From assembly GCF_006345805.1 (NCBI RefSeq), contig NW_021836536.1:1-24476 (forward strand): a stretch of DNA of 24,476 nt. Reading direction: 5' to 3'. Origin of the DNA: Octopus sinensis. Lineage: Eukaryota. Made by a program: the position numbers and the translations under genes. Each line of letters begins with the position of its first letter. Position 1 is the stretch's first letter. Under the pieces are notes generated by a model that saw only the letters and a list, made by a program, of their open reading frames with translations, was not told where the DNA came from and did no database searches. Shown piece by piece: positions 1-9,994 of this stretch.

Positions 1-9
1 CTATATTGA

Positions 10-71
<62 letters not shown>

Positions 72-545
72 TGTATAAAAATTCATATATTAGATTTTTA
101 TTGCCTTGTAGATTATATAGTACTTTTATGAACAAAGAATAAACCAGAAGTAAAGTAATGATTACATGATATAATTTATAAAGAAATGAGTGGGGAGATG
201 GGCGCAGGGAAAGAGATGTGGTGGTGAGTGAAATGGGTAAATTTTTTTGAAGTAAATTTTTTTTTACACTCCGTTATTTGGTTCGTCTGAAACGCCTTCA
301 AGTGATTAGTTACCGGGGCAAGGAGAAGTGAAAAAGAGAAAGTAGAGAATAGGAGGGTAAGGCGAGGAGTGAGATAGAAAGAGGGAGAGTGCTGTGTAAT
401 TAAGTTTATAAAATTGTGCATGAAGTATATAAAGTGTATATGTAAAGTGTATTAAATAATCATCGTATTGCATTTTAAATATCTCTAGGGAAGCTTTAGC
501 AAGCCTTTGTTAACTGTGGTCCTTTATTGGAGACCGGATTCAGTA

Positions 546-752
546 TACTCTCTCTTTCTCTTTTACTTGTTTCAGTCATTTGCCTGCGGCCATGCTGGAG
601 CACCGCCTTTAGTCGAGCAACTCAACCCCGGGACTTTGTAAGCCCAGTACTTATTTCTATCGGTCTCTTTTGCCGAACCGCTAAGTGACGGGGACATAAA
701 CACACCAGCATCAGTTGTCAAGCAATGCTAGGGGGACAAACACAGACACACA

Positions 753-792
<40 letters not shown>

Positions 793-982
793 TATATATA
801 TATATATATATATACATATATACGACGGGCTTCTTTCAGTTTCCGTTTACCAAATCCACCCACAAGGCTTTGGTCGGCCCGAGGCTATAGTAAAAGACAC
901 TTGCCCAAGGTGACACGCAGTGGGACTGAACCCGAAACCATGTGGTTGGTAAACAAGTTACCACACAGCCACTCCTGCGCCT
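546..982 (-). mobile_element. tRNA-derived SINE, family A (near full length)
   Basis: The minus strand starts AGGCGCAGGAGTGGCTGTGTGG (A-box-like), then GGGTTCAGTCCC (B-box-like), then a CORE-like ACCTTGGGCAAGT motif, an internal (TA)n, and an AGTAAAAGAG tail. It is collinear with the copy at 1658-2058. It resembles octopus tRNA-SINEs (recalled, not searched). Confidence 0.9.
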
Positions 983-1154
983 ATAGTTTCAGAACGTTTA
1001 AATTTTTAAATACTTTAAACTTCATGATGTGAGTTTCTTTCACTTTTAATGAATAGCAGATGAACGACTATCTTTCGATACACAGGTTATGCTGTCAGTA
1101 TTTTTCCTGATAAAGTTTTCAAAAATAACCCAATAAGTGAAATAGTCAGGGGTC

Positions 1155-1266
1155 CTTATTCTCCAGGTAAAGTACAGCAGGGTTAGAACTCAAAATGCAA
1201 TGTATCCAGAACAAATTCGTTAAGGTGTCTGTTCTGATCTGAGAGATCCGTTAAGCCATTGCCCTG
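1155..1266 (-). mobile_element. Short interspersed repeat, family F (SINE-head-like)
   Basis: The reverse complement aligns over about 115 bp with 24044-24158. The + copy carries the B-box-like GAGTTCAGATCC. Confidence 0.65.
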
Positions 1267-1489
1267 TATATAAATATATATAAATATATATCAATATTTA
1301 TTATATAAATGTATATTTGTGTACGTGTGTGTATGTGTATGTTCATGTATACATGTATATATGTACACACGCATATTCATATATGATGCACATCTGTATG
1401 CGTAAATCCTTGAACCAAACACCAATATATTCATATATATGTAACTATCTACACAAATGTAACTAAACACGTGCTCTTGATGATTTTTT

Positions 1490-1657
1490 TCCTTCTTTAG
1501 ACTTTTCCATTTTTCTTTTCCGATGAAGAGCTATGATTAAAATGTCAAAAACTCTCTGTTTTCATTGAGCGCCAAACTAATACATTGTATATTCACGTCG
1601 TCTTGTTTCTCATTGTTATTTTTAATGTTCGTTTTTATCCATCTGTGTCTGTATATA
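1490..1657 (+). mobile_element. Decayed Penelope-like terminal repeat fragment with an eroded hammerhead-like motif
   Basis: TTTTCCGATGAAGAGCTATGATTAAAATGTCAAAA has the CUGAUGA-A-stem-GAAAC-GUC layout with several substitutions. Family assignment is by inference. Confidence 0.35.
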
Positions 1658-2057
1658 TACTCTTTACTCTTTTACTTGTTTCAGTCATTTGACTGCGGCC
1701 ATGCTGGAGCACCGCCTCTAGTCGAGCAAATCGACCCCGAGACTAATTCTTTGTAAGCCCAGTACTTATTCTATCGGTCTCTTTTGCCGAACCGCTAGGT
1801 GACGGAAACGTAAGTACACCAGCATCGGTAGTCAAGCAATGTTAGGGGGACAAACACACACAAACACACCCACACATATATATATATACATATATATGAC
1901 AGGTTTCTTTCAGTTTCCATCTACCAAATCCACTCACAAGGCATTGGTCGGCCCGGGGCTATAGCAGAAGACACCTGCTCAAGGTGCCTCGCAGTGGGAC
2001 TGAACCCGGAACCATGTGGTTTGTAAGCAAGCTACTTACCACACAGCCACTCCTGCG

Positions 2058-2058
<1 letters not shown>
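1658..2058 (-). mobile_element. tRNA-derived SINE, family A (near full length)
   Basis: Collinear and highly similar to 546-982, with the same head, core and tail. Confidence 0.9.
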
Positions 2059-2092
<34 letters not shown>

Positions 2093-2096
<4 letters not shown>

Positions 2097-2176
2097 TGTT
2101 CCTTCTCGAGCCATGCCTGGCTCATAAAGGCCGGTTTCCCGGTTTCCTTGGCGTATAGGTCCCCCACCTGAACGGG
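2093..2176 (-). mobile_element. 3' fragment of SINE family D
   Basis: The reverse complement matches the 3' part of the full copy at 20861-21166 (CCAGGTGGGG...GCCAAGGAAACCGGGAAACCGGCC...ATGAGCCAGGCATGGCTCGA). Confidence 0.85.
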
Positions 2177-2184
2177 TGAAAGAG

Positions 2185-2459
2185 TGTGATGTATAACTGT
2201 GTGATATATAATACCACGGGGTAGGAACCAACTGTCTCCACTTGATGTATTCCCAATTACTCTGCTGACAACTGTAACCATTCCAAAATAACACTCAACG
2301 AACTATAACAACTTCTCCACTATTTCCTGTGACTCCTCGAACTCACGAACGACACCTTGCGACTTCCTGCGATTCCTCATCTTTCGCTCTCAGTCAGAGA
2401 CTTATACGAGTTTGGCTAAGTCCATTCTCACATGGGGTGTCATAATCCTCGCCATAACA
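2185..2459 (-). mobile_element. 3' LTR of a Ty3/Gypsy retrotransposon (275 bp)
   Basis: Ends are TGTGATG...CATAACA (7-bp terminal inverted repeat, 1 mismatch). It is immediately preceded on the minus strand by a polypurine tract and lies downstream of the integrase stop. Confidence 0.8.
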
Positions 2460-2470
2460 TCTCCCCTTTT
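2460..2470 (-). other. Polypurine tract (PPT) of the LTR element
   Basis: Minus strand reads AAAAGGGGAGA, directly abutting the LTR-initial TGTTATG. Confidence 0.85.
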
Positions 2471-2571
2471 GAAATTTAACTTCTGTAGGGAGTGCGACTT
2501 GTTTATTTAATTTTATCTTATTTTTTATGAACACCTCTCCTTTTTTTGAGATTTTAATTTCCTTGGAAGAT

Positions 2572-3386
2572 TTAATACTTCTTTCCCTTAGGGACTATTT
2601 CTAGTCGTTTTGCTGTTTACATTTTCTGTTACTGATCCGCCTAAGTTCAACCTCTTTTGGCGTTGGAACATCGAACAAGTCATACAAACTTCCATCGGTA
2701 TTTTACTCTTTCTTCAGTATTTCTAGTCTTCAACTGGTTCAAATGTCGTTTGTGCACTCTTACTTGACCTTTTATTATGTACATCATACTTCCTCTTCTT
2801 TTCGTCACTATACCGTCTTCCCAATCTTATCTTCCATTCTTATATTTTTGTTAAATGAACATTATCTCCCACATTAAAGTACTTTGTTTCTTGTGTTTTC
2901 CCTATAAGTTTTCTTTTTATTTTTGTAGGTAATTTATCAAAAGTTGATTTTGTCTTCCGGGCAAACATTAGCTCTGCGGGCGACTTGCCTGAACAGGTGT
3001 TTGGGTTAGTTGTTACCCTGCAAACCCTTAAGAACTGATTTTGTGCAGCATCATTGTCTAATTAATTTCCTGATTTTTTTCTTAGTGCTCCCTTAAATGT
3101 GTCTACGAATCATTCTTCTTGTCCATTTGATCTCGGGTGGTACGGCGGAGTAGAGATGTGATTTATTGCATACCTCAAACAGAAATTTTAAAATTTGTAC
3201 TCCGAAAACTGCGTTCCGTTATCCACTGCTATGGTGTCTGGGATATCGTATCGCCCCAAAAGTTGTGAAGGAACCTTATTGTTACCTTCGAGGCTGGTTG
3301 ACTGCATTTACATATCTCCGGCCACTTGGTATAGCTGTCTACTATTATCAGATAATGCGCGCTGTTTACTGGTCCACTGCGTAATT
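2572..3386 (-). pseudogene. Gypsy integrase catalytic core and C-terminus, disrupted
   Basis: Manual translation across frameshifts and stops gives GPVNSAHYLIIVDSYTKWPEI, PDTIAVDNGTQF, HISTPPYHPRSNGQEE*FVDTFK, SGKSPAELMFARK, YFNVGDNV, WEDGIVTKRRGSMMYIIKG and HKRHLNQLK. Confidence 0.92.
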
Positions 3387-3771
3387 CTTTTTTGGTATCC
3401 AATTGAATGATTTTTTGCTGCTTCCAATTCGTGAGCAACCAACATAGATTTGGCCGTGGGAGAAGCACGTAGTAGAGAGATCAAGTTTAATTACCTTGAG
3501 GGATTGAGGGATTGAGGGATTTAATTTAAATATAAAAACCTAGTTTGACTAGAGACTGAAGCCTCTTAAATTCAAATGGTACATCTATAGGTATGAGAAG
3601 AATTTTTGGAATGAAGACGTTTTCTTCTTTGTGACTACCTATTATGATTGGGGCTTCATGGAATTAACAATTAAGCGACTTCTATTACACAGGCGAGGTG
3701 GGTCAGGATTCCTTAGCAATATAACAAAAACATCCAACATTAGTGTTAAGTTATGCGGTGGCATCCCATAA
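3387..3771 (-). pseudogene. Helitron-type Pif1 helicase C-terminal fragment nested in the integrase
   Basis: Minus strand gives GMPPHNLTL..VILLRNPDPPRLCNRSRL, EENVFIPKILLIPIDVPFEFKRLQ and QSLKVIKLDLSTTCFSHGQIYVGCSRIG. These match Pif1/Helitron motifs GMPPHxL, LLRNLDPPxLCNGTRL, PFxFKRLQFP and FSHGQLYVAxSRV. It has a frameshift, a stop, and an 8-bp triplication (TGAGGGAT x3, 3497-3520). Confidence 0.9.
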
Positions 3772-3970
3772 CTGTCTTCTTAGGCCTCGATTGGAATTTC
3801 ATGCGTGGTGGCTTTGCTGCGAGAGCACAACCTCTGCAGAATTTCACCAATTGTTCAATAGCACGGTCCATAGTAGGCCAATACACGTAACTCCTCTTTA
3901 CTGATTTCATTCTTGAAATCCCCGGGTGTCCAACATGAAATTCATTTAATATATGCCTTTGTAGAGCGGG
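3772..3970 (-). pseudogene. Gypsy integrase N-terminal HHCC zinc-binding domain
   Basis: Reads ILNEFHVGHPGISRMKSVKRSYVYWPTMDRAIEQLVKFCRGCALAAK, with H-x2-H and C-x2-C, in one open frame. Confidence 0.92.
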
Positions 3971-4348
3971 TGCCGTATTCAGAAGCGCCAGAAGCTACAA
4001 CAAATTCCACTTTTGAATCGAAATGAGCTTTCGATAAATCCGATATTGATATTTTTTAATATAGTCGAAGAATTTTGACAATTATTTGACTAATTCCACT
4101 TCACCTTATCTATTAGTAAATTATTTAATGGAGTTCTCAATATATGCATATTTGGTATATAATTTTGATAATAATTTGCTATACCTAGAAAACCTTGGAA
4201 GCTCGTTATATTAGTCGGAGAAGGCATATTTTTAATTGCGTCTGCCCTCGACGGGTCCGGTCGTCGTCCATTTCTATCGATCAAAAGTACTTAATTTTAG
4301 GTCAAAAATATTTAATTTTAGGTAAGAAGAATTCACATTTTTCCTCCT
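3971..4348 (-). pseudogene. Gypsy RT C-terminus/connection and first residues of RNase H
   Basis: Reads EKCEFFLPKIKY, IDRNGRRPDPSRADAIKNMPSP..FLGIANYYQNYIPNMHILRTPLNNLL..KVKW and HFDSKVEFVVASGASEYG. The order RT-RH-INT is the Ty3/Gypsy order. Confidence 0.9.
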
Positions 4349-4405
4349 TGGGACTTATTATTTAAAACCTAGTACTTACACTATCGGTGTAAGTCTGGGA
4401 CGTAA
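4349..4405 (-). mobile_element. Small internal fragment of SINE family A truncating the Gypsy remnant
   Basis: GGGACTTATT...CCTAGTACTTA..CTATCGGT...AAGT..GGGACGTAA matches the corresponding part of the copies at 546-982 and 1658-2058. Confidence 0.55.
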
Positions 4406-4636
4406 GGAAACGCCTATAACCACCATTTTAAAATCTGCTTATATTCTAACAAGATTAACTGACTAAGGTAAACGTGGCTCTTATATAGACAGCATATAAC
4501 GTCACGATAGAGTTAATATATCTAATGATGTATATTATAGCTTCGCATTTTGAGTTCACATCCTGCCAATGTCAACTTCGCCTTTCATCACTTTGGGGTC
4601 GATAAAATGTAGTACTAGACAAGTACTGTTACTACA
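4391..4636 (+). repeat. Left arm of a 246-bp inverted duplication (partner 10170-10415)
   Basis: Manual alignment to the reverse complement of 10170-10415 is ungapped with 9 mismatches in 246 bp. The inner ~90 bp is a diverged family B SINE core. Confidence 0.97.
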
Positions 4637-4837
4637 TATATGTATATATGGATAGGTAGATAGATAGATAGATAGACAGGCAGATCTGTGTGTGTATTTA
4701 TATGTATTCATGTACGTATATGTATAAATGCAATATATATGTGTGTGTGTGCACTGTGTATACAGATACATGCATACGTGCATATATACATCATTGTCCC
4801 TGTCTTCCCCTCTCTCTCTCTTTTCTCTTTCTCTCTT

Positions 4838-4895
<58 letters not shown>

Positions 4896-5233
4896 GGAGG
4901 GAGAGGGATACACATATATTTGTGTTTGCATGTGACATGTATATGTCTGCTAACGTATATGTGCGTGTATGTATGTGTATTTGTGTGGTCGAGAAAGTAC
5001 GGAATAGATGTGTTAATATGGTATATTATGAGAAATCTATAGATTAAAATGTAGCCTACACTTAAACACAAGCACGTGCACATACATAGACTAACACACA
5101 AACACGCACACACACACACATATATACATACATACACACACACATACATACATACATTCATATATACTCATACACTCATACATATATACCCACATATATC
5201 AGTGTGGAGATACACATGAACACTTGTCATCTA

Positions 5234-5265
<32 letters not shown>

Positions 5266-5266
5266 A
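4637..5266. repeat. Compound microsatellite (GATA, TA, TG, CT/GA, CA)
   Basis: Visible di- and tetranucleotide runs. Confidence 0.9.
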
Positions 5267-5562
5267 CCCAGTCTCTACATCTGAAAATACGTAAGCGGAG
5301 TAACAGGAAATGGACAAGAACTCATACAGCCATTCAATCTAAGATCTTCCTGAAATAATGTTCTTTATATCCGTGCCATTAGAAATATGGTGTTGAAAAA
5401 ACAAAGCGCGCTTTAAAGATCCTGCCTTGAACCCGTTGGATTGCTTCTAGCAGACGATAGTTGTGTTATTTTGAATGCAGAAGATTTCCGTCAGTTACTC
5501 TGGGCTGTCTGTGGTTTTTTTTTCCTCCCTTATTCCTTAATGTACTTGTGATTCAACTACAT

Positions 5563-5588
5563 AGTGTATGTATGTATGTATGTATGTG

Positions 5589-5620
<32 letters not shown>

Positions 5621-5939
5621 TGTATGTATGTATGTATGTATGTATGTACGTATGTATGTATGTATGAGTGTGTATGTATGTATGTATGTATGAATGTATG
5701 TTTGTACGTACGTGTATGTGTCTGTATGTATGTACGTACATATATGTGTATTTATGCGTGTATGTGTATGTACGTGTGTGTGTACGTACATGTGTGTATA
5801 TATATGCGTATGTATGTGTCTGTATGTCTGTACGTATGTATGTATGTATGTATGTATGTATGTATGTATGTACGTACATATATGTGTATATTTGTATCAG
5901 TGTCTGTATATATCCATGAATGTATGTATGTGTGTGATG

Positions 5940-5991
<52 letters not shown>

Positions 5992-6162
5992 AATGTATGC
6001 TTGTATGTATGCATGAATGTATGTATATGTGTATGTATGTATGTGTGTATGTATGTATATATGAATGCATATATATGTTTGCTTGTATGTATGTATGTAT
6101 ATATGAATGCATATATATATATTTGCTTGTATGTATGTATGTATGTATGAATGTATGTATGT
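5563..6162. repeat. (TATG)n/(TA)n compound microsatellite, about 600 bp
   Basis: Long GTAT runs interrupted by (TA)n at about 5943-5985. Confidence 0.95.
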
Positions 6163-6693
6163 GTCGTCTTCGATGATTTCGACAGGAGACAGAAACGTAT
6201 ACGGCGGTGGTTAAGAAGAGGAAATTAGATAGTTTTATTAAATATGATACTACATTACTAGTCCCGCCGCCATTCTGCTGTCATAGGGTCTTATATATCA
6301 ACATGGCTGCCACGAAGCTACAAAGATGATGTCTTAACAAAACAGCAATCTGCACGCACACTTCGTCTAATCTATCATGGGACTTGCAGATCCATGAATG
6401 CATTCTCATGCACAAACCGTGGCTAGATTGTTTATTTACCGACAAAGGGTCGAACGAAAGGGAATTAGAAAAGTGCAATTTTATTTCAGATTGTGTAAAA
6501 TATCACTTCTCTCGATATCATTATGGCAGAGAAGTTTGGCAAAATGCTTACTGGGTAGTTAGAGTACATTAAACAGTCTTTCAACAAGACACACCCAATG
6601 TCGTCTGCTGGAATTGTTTCTGGTATTTAAATTCTATACTCGATATGGCAAAATCACAGAGATGTTTAGAATGTTAGCATTCTTGGAGAGGGA

Positions 6694-7215
6694 CACACAC
6701 ACATACATACACACACATGCAAATACACTCACACGCACTCACACACACATACATACATACTCACACACGCATACATACATATACACACACCTACACACAT
6801 ACAGTCAAACATAGGCATAAACTCATAAAATACGTAAATACACACGCGTGGATACACATATACAAACACGTACTCAATGCAATCACTTCTCCAAGAACAC
6901 GCATAGAGACAGAGTAACGCATGCATACTCACACATACGCACTTACACACATACACAGATACACGCATTCACACACACACACACACATGTATAAAGACAT
7001 ATATATATGTTGATGTGTGGTAAGCGTGTGAGATAGTACATATATATGTATGTGTATTAATCTAAGACTGCTAACATTATGAATAGTAACGCACGCATGT
7101 GTGCATATATACATCCACGTATACACAGAAACACATGCACACACGAACACTCACACACATACACACTCACATACATACATACATACATACATACATACAT
7201 ACATACATACACACA
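6694..7215. repeat. (CA)n/(CATA)n compound microsatellite
   Basis: Degenerate CA and CATA runs. Confidence 0.85.
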
Positions 7216-7411
7216 TACTGATTTTAGTGGGGCTCGAAGTTTCGCATTTAAGGCTTATTTGACCAGTGGACTAAAGCAGATAAAGGAGGCATTACAAGGC
7301 CCAGTCAAATCAACTTAATTAATCTTACTCTACTACTCGTACGGAGTCCAGCCTGCCATAAATATTTTGTTATTTTCTCCAAAATGATGAGAAGTATCAC
7401 AGAATACATAC

Positions 7412-7486
7412 ATAGGCTCAGGCGTGTCCGCGTCGTAAGACGCTTTCTATTCAACGACATAGTACAGGGTTCAGTGCCATTGCATG
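7412..7486 (+). mobile_element. Diverged 5' head of SINE family A
   Basis: ATAGGCTCAGGCGTGTCCGCGTCGTAAG...GGGTTCAGTGCCATTGCATG aligns to the family A head. Confidence 0.6.
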
Positions 7487-7490
7487 ATAT

Positions 7491-7724
7491 CTATTTCTTT
7501 ACTACCCACAAGGGGCTAAACGTAGAGGGGACAAACAAGGACAGACAAAGGGATTAAGTCGATTATATCGACCCCAGTGCGTAACTGGTACTTTATTTGT
7601 CGACCCCGAAAGGATGAAAGGCAAAGTCGACCTCGGCGGAATTTGAACTCCGAGCGTAACGGTAGACGAAATACGTCGACGTATTTCGCCCGGCGTGCGA
7701 ACGTTTCTGCCAGCTCGCCGCCTT
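7491..7724 (-). mobile_element. tRNA-derived SINE family B, full length
   Basis: Minus strand reads AAGGCGGCGAGCTGGCAGAAACG, B-box GAGTTCAAATTCC, core GGTCGACTTTGCCTTTCATCCTTTCGGGGTCGA (resembles the Meta-SINE domain as I recall it), and tail GCCCCTTGTGGGTAGTAAAGAAATAG. Confidence 0.88.
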
Positions 7725-7945
7725 ATGCCACGGAAAAGACTCTTGTAGTATAGCACCAAAGCGACCAATACCGTGTGAGCGAATTTGGTAGAGGGACATT
7801 TTCAGGAATCCTGTCGTGTGTATATGTATATGTATATGTGTGTGTGAATATATATAAATATTTCTACATATGTATGTTTGTATATTTATAAATGCATATT
7901 TATATGTCTATATGTATATTTATATGTATGTATTTGTATATGTGC

Positions 7946-8207
7946 GGATGCGCGTGGCTTAGTGGTTAGGGTGTCAGCATCATGATCGTAAGATTGTAAT
8001 TTCGATTCCTGGACCGGGCGACGCGTTATGTTCTTGAGCAAAACACTTCACTTCACGTTGCTCCAGTCCACTCAGCTGGCAAAAATGAGTAACGCTGCGA
8101 TGCACTGGCGTCCCGTCCAACTGGGGAACACATACGTCATAGAAACCGAGAAACAGGGCCCATGAGCCTGGCTAGGCTTTAAAAGGACGTGTTTATTTAT
8201 TTTTATT
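7946..8207 (+). mobile_element. tRNA-derived SINE family C
   Basis: A-box TGGCTTAGTGG at 7955-7965, a degenerate B-box and a TTTA-rich tail. It is collinear with the reverse complement of 19939-20197. Confidence 0.88.
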
Positions 8208-8399
8208 TGTATTATGTATATTCATATGTATGTATATGTATATTTATATGTATGTATGTGTGCACGCTCGCGCGTGTGTATGTACACCAATATATACATA
8301 TGCAAGTATTATCTGTCTGTCTATCTATCTATCTATCTCTATCTATCTATCCACCTATCTGCTTACCTTATTTTAAATATTTTACTTGTAACAATCAAT

Positions 8400-8747
8400 G
8401 GACAGCAAGCATACTGCGGCACCGCCTTAAATTGTTTTAGCGAACAAATCGACTCTAGTGCTTTGGTCTGGTACCATTTTATCACCATTTATGCCAAACC
8501 CTTACGCTACGGGAAGGTAAACAATCCCTCACTGAGGTTACAAACACAAACACAAATCAAAATACGCAAACACACACACACACACACAAATGGCCTTCGC
8601 ACAGTTTCCATTAAACTAATTCCATTCATACGGTTTTGGTCGGCCTGTGGCTATAGGAGAAATCGCTTTTCCAAATTGCTGTGAAGTGGAATTGAACTCA
8701 AAACTTCGTTGTAGGTCGAGCTTCTTAACCGCACAGTCCATGGCTAT
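8400..8747 (-). mobile_element. Old diverged SINE family A copy
   Basis: Recognisable blocks (GCACCGCCTT, TTTGGTCGGCC..GGCTATAG, GGAATTGAACTC, ACCGCACAGTCC) occur in family A order. Confidence 0.65.
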
Positions 8748-9685
8748 CCTGTCCGTTTCTGTCTGTCTGTCTGCTTCTGCCTGTCAGATTATTTCTGTCT
8801 GTTTCTCTCTGTCTCCTTTCTCTCTCTCTTTCTTTCTCCTTCTGTGTTTGTGTTTATAAGAGCTTGCATCCGCGTGTGTAAGTAAATATGTATTATCTGC
8901 GCGCAATGTTGCCTGTTTATTTTTATCCGCACTGCAAGTACGGACGAGTGTAATATATTGAGCAAAAAATTCTTTGTGCCAGATGCAGTGTCCGACACGT
9001 GCCTCATCATGACACTCTGATAGTGACCCCTCTTATAATAATACTAATGGCAATCTTCAACCCTGACGAAGAAAGTGAGCCAGCAAAAGCCTTATGTTAT
9101 TTTTGTCTTAGTTAGCGCCGTTGCTGGATCTTATTAGGCCCGACAGTATTAGTAAATCTACTCTGGTTGCCAGTCTTTGGTCGTGTAGTTCTCGTAATTA
9201 TTTCTGTTTCAGGATAAAGACAAAAACGATATCAGTAAAAACGTTACTGCTTTGCTCTAAGTGGCTTAAAGTCATCTCATGCAGTCTCATCGCTTTGTAT
9301 TGTGAGCTAGGATTTTATAATTCTGCTAACTTTATTTGTCGGCTCTTCTAAATCGATAACTGGAAGCCTCTACGTGGTCGTTCGTTCGACCGGCAAGAAA
9401 TAGCAGCCAAATCGCTTATCAGTTCATACCTAGCGATCTAGAACAATAGACAAGGCACACTTGTCCTGATGCGGCCCAGTCTTTGTCGCGGTGTTGCGTT
9501 ATGGCTTAGTGACTCAGAAAACAATGCCAGCAGAGGGCTAGCTCCTGGTAGGATTTCCTATACTGAACAGGTCAAAGGATGGAGGACAGAATAATATGGA
9601 TCACCCCGTTGAAAAGGTTCCATTTGTGAACCATCCTATTTATAAGTAATGCATCCAGGGCCACGTTATCGTATGTGTTTTAATT

Positions 9686-9860
9686 TTTTAAGCCCTTCGC
9701 TCCCTATGGAACCTCAACCATCGACGACTTTTCTCCAGGAATCTCAACTCTGAGCTGACGTTTCTGCTTCTCTGCAGTCGCTTTTCCAGCTCTGCTTCAG
9801 TATCTGCCTCTAAGTATTTTTAGGGCGTCCTCTCCTTCGCCTCCCTCGTGAGTTCCATGC
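9686..9860 (-). mobile_element. RTE-clade LINE, 3' end of the RT ORF (decayed)
   Basis: Minus strand reads WNSRGRRRRGRPKNT*R...AQS*DSWRKVVDG*GSIGSEGLK, matching the RTE C-terminal pattern W-N-P-x-G-K-R-x-R-G-R-P-K-x-T-W-R...W-R-x-V-V-x-G-L-C. Confidence 0.8.
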
Positions 9861-9994
9861 AGAATATTCCTTCTGGGCTTTGCTGCAACGCGCCATACGT
9901 TTCTGTTAGGGGAAGCTTACAACTCCCAGATATTACAGGTTTTGAACTGTCACTGATATTTCTGTAACTTTGCTTTTTTTTTCTAGGTAGGAAT

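Noticed and set aside
176-421. 81-aa minus-strand ORF
   Set aside because: It has no recognisable motif. It might be a Penelope-like ORF remnant, but I cannot support that.
4556-6176. Long ORFs rich in Y/I/C/V/M/H/T (up to 201 aa), and similar ones at 19387-19894
   Set aside because: They are translations of TA/TG/TATG microsatellites, which lack stop codons in some frames.
6163-6205. Possible fourth hammerhead-like motif (TCGATGA...GAAACGTA)
   Set aside because: The core positions 3-4 are wrong and stem II is mismatched, so a chance match is likely.
8861-8883. 17-nt microexon candidate (AAG acceptor, GTAAGT donor)
   Set aside because: The acceptor is weak, and the pyrimidine tract is just a (CT)n microsatellite.
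9062-9095. CTGACGAAG hammerhead-like box
   Set aside because: There is no stem II and no GAAA box downstream.
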